From: Candidatus Bathyarchaeota archaeon
Lineage (GTDB): Archaea > Thermoproteota > Bathyarchaeia > TCS64
NCBI GenBank assembly: GCA_030670015.1
Contig: DAOVCM010000001.1
Location: 1 to 30,618, forward strand
DNA: 30,618 bases
Direction: 5' to 3'
The translations under genes and the position numbers were made by a program. Below are positions 1-8,221 of this stretch, one piece after another. The notes under the pieces were generated by a model. The model was given only the letters and a program-made list of their open reading frames with translations. It made no database searches and was not told the DNA's origin. Numbering within the stretch: the first letter of the stretch is position 1; each line of letters begins with the position of its first letter.

Positions 1-357
1 GACCACGCTGTAAACATAGCCAGGAACAGCCTCACTCTCACCATGTCTCATATGAATGAGGAGATCTTAAACGAGCTGAGAAAAGTTAGTGATTCTGCGG
101 TCATGGTGTTCGAGCACGCGGTCGAAGCCCTTTTCGACGGCAATTACGCAGCCGCAGATAGGGTGATGGAGATGGCGGAGGAAACAAGAAGCATGGAGGC
201 TGGAGCTATCCAGAAGATTATCAAGAACGCATCGCCAGAGGACGTGCCGGCGTTAAGGCTTATCATCGAGAGTATTCTACGCACAGCAGAGTATGGCTCC
301 GACATCGCAGAGGTTGTCCTTAACATGACCATCCAAGGAGAGATTCTGGAGAGCTAG
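1..357 (+). CDS. phoU: PhoU-domain phosphate uptake regulator, 5'-truncated by window edge
   Basis: Frame is open from base 1 (DHAVNIARN...). Contains two PhoU repeat signatures, DHAVNIA and ESILRTAEYGSDIAEVVLN. Confidence 0.85.
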   Translation, partial: DHAVNIARNSLTLTMSHMNEEILNELRKVSDSAVMVFEHAVEALFDGNYAAADRVMEMAEETRSMEAGAIQKIIKNASPEDVPALRLIIESILRTAEYGSDIAEVVLNMTIQGEILES

Positions 358-366
358 CCCAGATCA

Positions 367-374
367 TTTTTAAG
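367..374 (+). promoter_or_regulatory. Putative TATA box of tRNA-Pro
   Basis: TTTTTAAG about 30 nt upstream of the mature tRNA 5' end. Confidence 0.5.
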
Positions 375-404
375 CTCTGATCCTGTCGAGATCAAACTGC
401 CTAC

Positions 405-483
405 GGGGTCGTGGTCCAGCTTGGTCTAAGATTCGCGGCTCGGGTCCGCGAGATCCCCGGTTCGAATCCGGGCGACCCCACCA
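405..483 (+). tRNA. tRNA-Pro (anticodon CGG), intronless, CCA encoded
   Basis: Acceptor stem GGGGTCG/CGACCCC, anticodon stem CGCGG/CCGCG with loop CT-CGG-GT, T-arm CCCGG-TTCGAAT-CCGGG, discriminator A followed by CCA. Confidence 0.95.
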
Positions 484-530
484 CTCGAAAATATTAAACC
501 CCCATTCCCCTACGCTTCTACTGAAGGTTT

Positions 531-2327
531 ATGATCTGGCTCACAGACAAGGACAGGCAGCTCCTCGCAGAGATAGAGGGGGAGATCTCAAGGGAGATCA
601 TGCTTGAGAACTGGAAAGCCTTCATGAAGTACACTCCCCTTCCATCCGGGAGCGTGCAGGAAAAAAAGGCAGTTCAGTTCCTGAAGAGTAAGCTGAAGGA
701 GTATGGTCTCACACCCGATGTCCTCCATTTCGAGGCTTATATCTCTAACCCGAAGTACGCAAAGCTAGTAATCCTAAGGCCCTATGAGCAGGAAGTCCAG
801 TGTACACCCTACCGTCAGGTGGGGACGACCGGTACCGAGGGTGTAGAAGGCGACGTGATCTACATCCCTCCCGAGGAAGTCGGTACCGCGGAGTGCCGAG
901 ACAAGATAATCCTTGTAGACCAGCAGACCTCAGGCGACTGGATGGGGCTAAGAAAAGACCTGCTACTGAAGCTACAGGAGATGGATGTGAAAGCCCTTAT
1001 CGTCATCGAACAGGACAGCTTCAAGCCTACGGTTGTCCACCAACGGGCTGATTTCTCCGTCTCAGGGAACCCCACCAGTGACAACGTGCACCTTATACAG
1101 CGGATTCCAGCCATCATCCATGTCTCCAACAAGGAAGGAGCGTTACTCAGAAAGCTAGCTAAGCAGGGTGGCATGAGAGCACAGATCACCTCAATCGTGG
1201 AGACCGGTTGGAAGACCCTGCCCCTACTCGTCGCCGAGATCAAGGGAGCCAAGGACCCGGACAGGTTTCTGCTAGTTAACGGACACATCGACACCCCGCC
1301 TTTCTCCCCAGGAGTTACAGATAATGCATCCGGCGACGTAGCAGTGCTAGAACTCGCCCGCATCCTCAACAAACACCGTGAAAAACTGGGAAGGAGTATC
1401 AGATTCGCCTTCTGGACCGGCCACGAGATAGGTCGCTACGCAGGCTCGACATGGTACAACGACGCCTTCTGGCACGAGCTTCGATACCGGTGTGTTGGGT
1501 TCTACAACATCGATTCGCCTGGCGCTGAGGGGGCAACCACCTTCAGAGCCGCACCTATTGGAGAGGTACAGGAGGCAGCCGTCGACAGCATAAAGGCGGC
1601 GACAGGCATCGAGGTCAACAGCTTCAGGTGGCCTACTAGGGCAGGAGATAGCAGCTTCTGGGGAACAGGATTGCCCCACGCAAGCGTGACCTCTTCCCGT
1701 CCCAAGGAACTCTACGACCCCTTCGTGAACTACTCCGGCGGCGGCTGGTGGTGGCACACACCTTACGCTACTATGAACCACGGTGACATAGACATCCTCG
1801 CCACTGATGTCAGAGTGGAACTCAACTACATCTTCAGAATGACCAACTGCCCGGTCTTACCGATGAATTTCGTCGCCTACGCCGACCACATGGTCAAAGT
1901 ACTGGAGGACCTGCAGGCAAAAGCGGACAAGGTCAAAGCCTTCTTCAACCTGTACCCCGTCATCCAGCGAGCTAAAGAGTTCAGGGATATGGCGGAGAAG
2001 CTGGAGAAGGCCGTGAGACAGTCTATTGAGAAGGGGGTCTCTGACGAGGTGCTGGAGGAGTTGAACAGCTGCCTTATGTGGGTGTCCAGACACATCAACC
2101 CCGTTTCCCACTCCAACGCCGGGGTGACCGAGCAGATGACCATGGATACCTTCGGAACCGAACCGTTCCCGCGCATTCAGGAGATACTGAAGCTCGCAGA
2201 GATGACTCTTCACAGCTCTCCAGAATTCGAATTTCTCAGGACGAAGCTTCTCAGGCAGAGGAACGTTGTTGAGGATGGGTTCTACCAGGCTAACGAGGTT
2301 ATCAGGGTGACCCTTGCGAAAGTTTAG
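531..2327 (+). CDS. M28 family metallopeptidase with PA-like insert
   Basis: 598 aa. Motifs GHIDT, TDNASG, FWTGHEIGRY, NIDSPG and WHT match the M28 zinc-ligand pattern, with GHE in place of the usual GEE. Confidence 0.8.
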   Translation: MIWLTDKDRQLLAEIEGEISREIMLENWKAFMKYTPLPSGSVQEKKAVQFLKSKLKEYGLTPDVLHFEAYISNPKYAKLVILRPYEQEVQCTPYRQVGTTGTEGVEGDVIYIPPEEVGTAECRDKIILVDQQTSGDWMGLRKDLLLKLQEMDVKALIVIEQDSFKPTVVHQRADFSVSGNPTSDNVHLIQRIPAIIHVSNKEGALLRKLAKQGGMRAQITSIVETGWKTLPLLVAEIKGAKDPDRFLLVNGHIDTPPFSPGVTDNASGDVAVLELARILNKHREKLGRSIRFAFWTGHEIGRYAGSTWYNDAFWHELRYRCVGFYNIDSPGAEGATTFRAAPIGEVQEAAVDSIKAATGIEVNSFRWPTRAGDSSFWGTGLPHASVTSSRPKELYDPFVNYSGGGWWWHTPYATMNHGDIDILATDVRVELNYIFRMTNCPVLPMNFVAYADHMVKVLEDLQAKADKVKAFFNLYPVIQRAKEFRDMAEKLEKAVRQSIEKGVSDEVLEELNSCLMWVSRHINPVSHSNAGVTEQMTMDTFGTEPFPRIQEILKLAEMTLHSSPEFEFLRTKLLRQRNVVEDGFYQANEVIRVTLAKV

Positions 2328-2410
2328 GAACGCCTAAATGAAACTCCTTTAAAAACCACGGTTGTTGATTTGTAGCTTTATCAGATGATCGGGAGCGGAA
2401 AATCAGGGAA

Positions 2411-3361
2411 TTGTTGGATACCTTCAGGGTAGGGCTTCTCCTTACCGAGCAGTGCAACATCGAGTGCAGCCACTGCTGGTTCAGCTCAGGGCCAGACCGA
2501 AGGGCTCACATGGAGTTGGATGAAGCACTTGACTACATTGACCAGATCAAGGAGATTCCGTCCGTCAAGTGGATCAGCTTCACAGGTGGCGAGCCATTTC
2601 TTTTACCTGAGATGCTTGTAAGCGTCGTCGACTTCGCCTCGAAGAGAGGTTTTCAAACAGAGTGTGTGACCAACTGCTTCTGGGCTGAGACAGAGGAGGG
2701 AGCGGTAGCACGCTTAGGGGAGCTTGTGGATGTCGGGCTCGACGCCATCAACATCAGCGCCGACGACTTTCACCAGCGACACATACCGTTCAGAAAGGTC
2801 AGCAACTGCTACTGGGCTGCGAGGCGCCTGGGACTGAAGGTGGTCATCATGTGCGCTATGGCAAAATCCAGCACCCTCAGGGTTCAGGTGATAGTAAGAC
2901 GACTTGGTGACGAGGGCATTCACATCGTTGGAGAAAGGGAACCAAAGGTACCCGTGTCGGCCCTTGCCGTTGAAACGGGCTTCACTCCCGTTGGTCGGGC
3001 AGCAGAGATCCCCAAGGATGAATGGTTGATTGGCAATAGTCCAGTTGGAGGTCCTTGTCGAGTCGTCCTCAGGGATATCGGGATAGCTCCCGACGGACGG
3101 GTGCTCCCATGCTGCTCGGCGGCTAGTCAGGTCGAGTATGCTGCAATCGGGAATGCGAAGGAAGACAGGATAGGGGAACTTGTTGAAAAGGCTAGTCAGC
3201 GTCCACTGTTTAGAATCTTATCAAGAGAAGGCCCCTCAGGACTTGCCAAACTATTGGGCTCAAAGATACTTACTGGTTACGTGGGTAGATGTCATCTATG
3301 CCACGGGGTACTGACTGACCCAGGACTTCGTCACGCCCTGCTTGCCTTTCAGCCGTCTTAG
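2411..3361 (+). CDS. Radical SAM protein, EpeE/YydG (peptide epimerase)-like
   Basis: CNIECSHC (CxxxCxxC), ISFTGGEPFL, TNCFWA, ISADDFH, and a C-terminal C...DGRVLPCCSA...CHLC module. TTG start. Confidence 0.8.
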   Translation: MLDTFRVGLLLTEQCNIECSHCWFSSGPDRRAHMELDEALDYIDQIKEIPSVKWISFTGGEPFLLPEMLVSVVDFASKRGFQTECVTNCFWAETEEGAVARLGELVDVGLDAINISADDFHQRHIPFRKVSNCYWAARRLGLKVVIMCAMAKSSTLRVQVIVRRLGDEGIHIVGEREPKVPVSALAVETGFTPVGRAAEIPKDEWLIGNSPVGGPCRVVLRDIGIAPDGRVLPCCSAASQVEYAAIGNAKEDRIGELVEKASQRPLFRILSREGPSGLAKLLGSKILTGYVGRCHLCHGVLTDPGLRHALLAFQPS

Positions 3362-3369
3362 GCTTCCTA

Positions 3370-4203
3370 TCAGGCTAATGAGCGCAGGAAGTCAACTTTT
3401 CCGAGGAACGTGCCATCGAGGAGGTAAACGTCGAAGTCGCCGACATCTACTATACCGGTCCTGAACAGGGGGCCGAGAAGGCTTTTCGGAGAGTCGGCGT
3501 TGACGGGGAGTCCGCCCATGAGGTCGTTGAACGTTGGCATGATCACTATCTGGGGATCACCTATCTTCACTTTGAAATGCTGTTCAAACGTTTGAATGGC
3601 CTCGGCCCCGGGGTCCATCCCTACCCGTTCTAGGAGAGCCTTAGCCAGCCTAGTCACATCAGACTGGCCTCTAATCCATACCCTCCTTGTGATGCGGATA
3701 CCCAACGGCGTGTTCAGCCTGACCGTAGGGTGGTTGTGGCCCATAACGATCAGGTCTGCTGACATAAGATGGGGGTAGGGCCATGCGTGGCCGTGGAGTA
3801 CTGCGACCTTGAAACCCTCGCCTACCAGGAAGCCCCGCGAGGGATGAATGTTCACACCCTCTGGAAGAAGGTTCTGTAAGTTACTGTCGTGGTTACCCCG
3901 TGCCACGTCTATCTGATCAACCTCTTCCAGCAGGGCGTTGAAGAATAGTGGGATCTCTCGTTTCTCCTGAAATGATGTGATGGGAACGCCATGCTTGATA
4001 TCCCCCAGCAGTAGAAGTCGGTCTGGATGATGATCACGAACGAGGGCGAGCAGCTCCTCAAGGATGCGCTCGGTCTGATATGGGATGTTGATGCCCATCT
4101 TGGCCAGTTCGTACTCTATTCCGAGGTGGAAGTCGGTAGCAAGAAGAAGTCTCTCCTCGTCTTCCACGAGCATTGCTGGCCAAGGTGTAAGCAAACGTAT
4201 CAA
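3370..4203 (-). CDS. Calcineurin-like metallophosphoesterase (archaeal COG1407-type)
   Basis: DFHLG, GDIKH, GNHD, HGH and GHNHP motifs. Start moved to the TTG at 4203; the ORF track extends to 4254. Confidence 0.8.
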   Translation of the reverse strand: MIRLLTPWPAMLVEDEERLLLATDFHLGIEYELAKMGINIPYQTERILEELLALVRDHHPDRLLLLGDIKHGVPITSFQEKREIPLFFNALLEEVDQIDVARGNHDSNLQNLLPEGVNIHPSRGFLVGEGFKVAVLHGHAWPYPHLMSADLIVMGHNHPTVRLNTPLGIRITRRVWIRGQSDVTRLAKALLERVGMDPGAEAIQTFEQHFKVKIGDPQIVIMPTFNDLMGGLPVNADSPKSLLGPLFRTGIVDVGDFDVYLLDGTFLGKVDFLRSLA

Positions 4204-4315
4204 AGGGATCCCACAGGATCTTCTGGTGCCGAATCTTTTAAACCCGGCACCCAACCTTCAGATTTACACGAAGCCTGTTAAGGTGAGAAGATACACTATA
4301 TGGCAGGAAACAGCG

Positions 4316-4738
4316 GTGGCGTCAGAGGAGCGAAGGATACTGGAGAGTGTCTGTGACGAGCTACGCTCATCCAGGGAGCTGACACGCGCCCAGTGGAATA
4401 GACTCCGGTCGGCCTTGGGTGAGAGGTTCGACAAGGCATGGAAGCTCGTTGAGGAGCGCCGGGTTAAACGTTATGTCTTTGAGCCCTCGGGTCGAACGGT
4501 GTGGGTCGTCGTCGGGAGGATTAGCGAGTATCAGGTACTCCCGATGTCGGGGTACTGCGACTGCAACGATTTCTACTTCCGGGTTGTGGATGGCGAGGCC
4601 GGATTGTGCTATCACCTGCTGAGCCAAAGGCTGGCGGAGGCCCTTGACGCCTTTGAAGAGGTCTCCGAGGAAGACGAGTTCTACAACCAGCTTATGGCGG
4701 AGTGGCGGCGCCTGTCATCGGAACAAGCTGCAGAATAG
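4316..4738 (+). CDS. SWIM zinc-finger protein
   Basis: YCDCNDFYF...LCYH (CxC...CxH). Start moved to the in-frame GTG at 4316 because the longer ORF (from 4085) overlaps the opposite-strand gene. Confidence 0.75.
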   Translation: MASEERRILESVCDELRSSRELTRAQWNRLRSALGERFDKAWKLVEERRVKRYVFEPSGRTVWVVVGRISEYQVLPMSGYCDCNDFYFRVVDGEAGLCYHLLSQRLAEALDAFEEVSEEDEFYNQLMAEWRRLSSEQAAE

Positions 4739-4759
4739 CGCGAGGGGACACGCGATAGC

Positions 4760-4767
4760 TTATATAT
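4760..4767 (+). promoter_or_regulatory. Putative TATA box of the 38-aa small ORF
   Basis: TTATATAT about 26-33 nt upstream of ATG 4793, consistent with a leaderless transcript. Confidence 0.5.
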
Positions 4768-4792
4768 CAGCCGCGGCCTGATCATTTCCGAG

Positions 4793-4909
4793 ATGAGTCT
4801 AAACAACTTCTTTAACCTCCTCTACCAATTAGCCATAATTCTCGCCGTTATCACATTTAGCTTGGGTTTCTTGTACCTCTTCAACACCAGAGAAGAACCC
4901 GAGACTTAA
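4793..4909 (+). CDS. Small (38 aa) single-pass membrane protein, absent from ORF track
   Basis: MSLNNFFNLLYQLAIILAVITFSLGFLYLFNTREEPET*. One long hydrophobic run, an acidic tail, its own TATA box, and it fills the intergenic gap. Confidence 0.6.
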   Translation: MSLNNFFNLLYQLAIILAVITFSLGFLYLFNTREEPET

Positions 4910-4949
4910 GGGCGTCCTTTTTATCAGTCACTATAAAGATAAGATAGGG

Positions 4950-6467
4950 ATGGTCATGTCTAGCCCTGAGGACATCATCAAGCGTATCCTAGCACTCAAG
5001 CCTAAGCTTACAAGGGAAGTCGTTGAGAGACTCATCGACGAAGAGCGAGCCAAAGCGGCTGGGCTTCTCACTGAGGAGGCTGCCGCCCACCTCGTCGCGT
5101 CGAACCTCGGGTTGAACGGAGCCGGGGAGCGCATCGAGGCCAAACTAAAAATCAACGACCTCACTTCGGGACTGAGCGATGTCTCCCTAACATGTAGGGT
5201 CATCCATGTCTTTCCCGCCCACACATTCTCCCGGCAGGACGGTCGAGAGGGGAAGGTCCTCAGAATGCTTATCGGCGACTCAACGGGCTCTGTGGCTGCA
5301 GTGTTCTGGGACGAGAAGGCAGACAACGTCGTAGCTAGCAAGATAACCCCCGGGAAGATTGTGAGGATACTACATGGCTACACCAGGGAAAGACGTGGAG
5401 AGGTTGAGATAAACGTCGGTAGCCGGGGACGGATGTACATGGAGCCCCTGGACGCGGTCGATGAAAACTTCCCGCAGGTGGACAGCTTCTACAAGACGCC
5501 AGGGGAGATCCATCGACAGGGCACGGTCAACCTGATTGGCATAGTAACGGACAGATACCCCACTTCCACATTCACAAGGCGGGACGGCACCCCGGGGAAG
5601 GTGGCCCGCCTTGTCCTTGAGGAAGGAGGAGGCCGTATTAACCTTGTACTGTGGAATGAACGTGTAGATGAGCTTGGGGATGTCGAGGTGGGTACTAAGC
5701 TGAGGCTCATAGGCGGCTCAGCGAGGTTGAGGGATGATGGCAGCATTGAGGTGCACACCACCTGGGGGACCATTTTCGAGGTCCTTGAGGTAGGGGTCCG
5801 CCCTGTGGAGCCAGTACCCCACTGGACAAAGATTGCGGACTTGAGAACGGGGATGAGGAGCGTTAACGTTGCTGCCCGTGTCGCCCAGATCAGCGTGGAG
5901 AGGGAGTTCACGAGGCGGGATGGAAGCACGGGAAGGGTTGCATCTGCTCTGCTGGAGGATGAGACAGGGACCATCAGGCTTAGCCTTTGGGACGGAGATG
6001 TCGATATAATCAAGGAGCTGGAAGTCGACTCAATAATTACAGTTGATAACGGTTACACCCGCATGGGTATGGGAGCGGTAGGTTTGAACGTCGGTCAGAG
6101 TGGCCGCATCACGGTGAACCCAGAAGATGTGAAAGTGAAAGCCTCCCGTATGGAGGATAAACTCGTCGAAATACAGGATCTCAGAGAGGGGCAAAGTAAC
6201 ATATTCATCCGGGGCAGGGTCCTTGAACCCCCCGAAGTCAGAGAGGTGGAGACAGCTAGGGGGCCTGCAACAGTCGCCTCCTTCCGCCTCGATGATGGCA
6301 CGGGTGAGGCTAGGGTCTCTGTTTGGCGGGATCTCGTCAGTTTAACTGAAGGCCTCGCACCTGGAGCTCTAGTTAGGGTGGAGAACTGCCATGTAAGACC
6401 ACCTTTCGATGGATTGATCCAGGTGTCCTCCGGTATGTTCACTAAGATAATCGTTGAGAAAAAATAG
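4950..6467 (+). CDS. rpa: Replication protein A-type ssDNA-binding protein with four OB folds
   Basis: N-terminal helical domain followed by four OB repeats (DSTGSVAAVFWD, EGGGRINLVLWN, DETGTIRLSLWD, DGTGEARVSVWR). Confidence 0.85.
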   Translation: MVMSSPEDIIKRILALKPKLTREVVERLIDEERAKAAGLLTEEAAAHLVASNLGLNGAGERIEAKLKINDLTSGLSDVSLTCRVIHVFPAHTFSRQDGREGKVLRMLIGDSTGSVAAVFWDEKADNVVASKITPGKIVRILHGYTRERRGEVEINVGSRGRMYMEPLDAVDENFPQVDSFYKTPGEIHRQGTVNLIGIVTDRYPTSTFTRRDGTPGKVARLVLEEGGGRINLVLWNERVDELGDVEVGTKLRLIGGSARLRDDGSIEVHTTWGTIFEVLEVGVRPVEPVPHWTKIADLRTGMRSVNVAARVAQISVEREFTRRDGSTGRVASALLEDETGTIRLSLWDGDVDIIKELEVDSIITVDNGYTRMGMGAVGLNVGQSGRITVNPEDVKVKASRMEDKLVEIQDLREGQSNIFIRGRVLEPPEVREVETARGPATVASFRLDDGTGEARVSVWRDLVSLTEGLAPGALVRVENCHVRPPFDGLIQVSSGMFTKIIVEKK

Positions 6468-6480
6468 TGGGAGAAAAAGG

Positions 6481-7815
6481 TCAGGCTTTCATCTCGACCT
6501 CGCTCAGGCAGCCCTCGAAGATCTCGAGGGCGCTGTCAACGAGATCCCGTAATATGAGCAGTGGCGGCATCATCCTGATAGTGGAGACACCGCACGTCAC
6601 AAAGGCTACGCCCTTCCTGAAGCAGCGTGTCATCACCTCTTCAGCCTCCTTTTTAGCCGGTTCCTTGGTCTCCTTGTCCTTTACCAGTTCTACGCCTATC
6701 ATCAAGCCGACTCCACGGACATCCCCCATCATCGGGTGGTTGCCCATCATCTCGGCGAGCCGTTTTTTGATGTAGGCGCCCTGCTCTACTGCGTTCTCCA
6801 GCATCCCTTCATCCTTGATGACCTCGATAACAGTCTTTGCAGCAGTTGTAGCAAGGGGGTTGCCGCCGAAGGTGCTCGCGTGACTGCCAGGCGTCCAATC
6901 CATTAGTTCTGCTTTAGCTGATGTAACTCCTAAGGGTAAGCCTGCTGCAATGCCCTTCGCCATGCATACGATGTCAGGGATCGCTTCAAAATGCTCTATA
7001 CCGAACCATTTTCCAGTACGCCCTATACCAGTCTGAACCTCGTCAACGGCGAAGAGTATACCGTACTCGTCGCATAGCTTTTTTAACTCCTTGAAGTACC
7101 CCTTGGGAGGAACGATGTAGCCTCCCTCACCCTGGATAGGCTCTGCCATGATCATTGCTACCTCCTCAGGGGGCACGTACTTGTGGAACAGGTAGTCGTC
7201 TATGTAGCTCACACACCGGAAACCGCATTCGGGGCATTCAAGGTTGAAGGGGCAGCGGTAGCAGTAGGGGTAGAAGACATGCTCAACACAGGGAACCAAG
7301 GGGGAGAAATAACGTCTCTGAGCTGGCTTGCTTGCGGTCAAGCTGACTGCGCCCATCGTCCTCCCGTGGAAGGAGCCTATGTACGCGATTATACCAGGTC
7401 TCTTCGAGTGCCATCTAGCCAGCTTTATAGCTGCCTCCACCGACTCGGCACCGCTGTTTCCGAAGTAAAACTTCTTTTTGAAGTCTCCTGGGATCAGGTC
7501 ATGGAGGATCTCACTCAGGTTAACATAGTTCTCATAATAAAAGTCGGTGTACGAGTAGTGGAGGAACTTGTCGGCCTGTTCCTTGATGGCGGCAATCACC
7601 TTTGGATGTCGATGGCCGACACTCAGCACCGCTAAGCCTGCGTTCATGTCGATGAACTCATTTCCGTCAACGTCAGTGATGATGCAGCCATCACCAGATT
7701 TGATGACGAGGGGATACGCCCGTCCAAAGGAGGGGGAGACGAAGGCATGGTCCCTTTCAACGATCTTCTCTGCTTTTGGTCCAGGTGGAGTGACAACGAT
7801 GTTTGGATAACTCAT
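6481..7815 (-). CDS. Class III PLP aminotransferase (4-aminobutyrate/acetylornithine type)
   Basis: SGAESVEAAIK, FHGRT, EPIQGEGG, DEVQTGIGRTG, MAKGIAAG (PLP lysine) and TFGGNP. Confidence 0.9.
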   Translation of the reverse strand: MSYPNIVVTPPGPKAEKIVERDHAFVSPSFGRAYPLVIKSGDGCIITDVDGNEFIDMNAGLAVLSVGHRHPKVIAAIKEQADKFLHYSYTDFYYENYVNLSEILHDLIPGDFKKKFYFGNSGAESVEAAIKLARWHSKRPGIIAYIGSFHGRTMGAVSLTASKPAQRRYFSPLVPCVEHVFYPYCYRCPFNLECPECGFRCVSYIDDYLFHKYVPPEEVAMIMAEPIQGEGGYIVPPKGYFKELKKLCDEYGILFAVDEVQTGIGRTGKWFGIEHFEAIPDIVCMAKGIAAGLPLGVTSAKAELMDWTPGSHASTFGGNPLATTAAKTVIEVIKDEGMLENAVEQGAYIKKRLAEMMGNHPMMGDVRGVGLMIGVELVKDKETKEPAKKEAEEVMTRCFRKGVAFVTCGVSTIRMMPPLLILRDLVDSALEIFEGCLSEVEMKA

Positions 7816-7864
7816 TAACTTCCCTTATCTGAACTCCGTCATCTATCCTTAAAAAAACTGGGTC

Positions 7865-8209
7865 TCAGGACAAGGATTTTGTAAGTTGGATCTCAATAGT
7901 GGAGACGCTTTTCTCCCTTCCATTAGGTGCTGTGTGAACCTCTGTCCCAAGATCGATCTTATCAACCACAAGGTCCCTGAGGAAGACACGCCTGAGCATC
8001 TCAACGACGTCAACAGCCTTACTTATATGACGCCCCCGAGCCCTCACTCGAATTAAGGAGGCACCTGAATTGAACACCGTCATGCAGGCAACGACATAGT
8101 TCATAATAGGCTTCAAGCCCACAATCACGAAATCTCTAGTCACGCCCGAAGTGATCTCAGACACCTCTGCCTCTTCACACTCTAGCATACCTCTTATAAA
8201 CTTCTTCAT
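7865..8209 (-). CDS. albA: DNA/RNA-binding protein Alba
   Basis: KPIMNYVVAC, RARGRHISKAVDVVE and SVSTIEIQL. True start may lie a few codons downstream. Confidence 0.9.
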   Translation of the reverse strand: MKKFIRGMLECEEAEVSEITSGVTRDFVIVGLKPIMNYVVACMTVFNSGASLIRVRARGRHISKAVDVVEMLRRVFLRDLVVDKIDLGTEVHTAPNGREKSVSTIEIQLTKSLS

Positions 8210-8221
8210 GTTCGGAGTAAC

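Noticed and set aside
2385-2432. 15-aa ORF (MIGSGKSGNCWIPSG) overlapping the radical SAM start as a RiPP precursor
   Set aside because: Too short to distinguish from chance, and it has no leader/core structure.
405-4909. Integrated element at the 3' end of tRNA-Pro
   Set aside because: I saw no integrase and no repeat of the tRNA 3' end elsewhere in the window, and downstream genes show no obvious compositional break.
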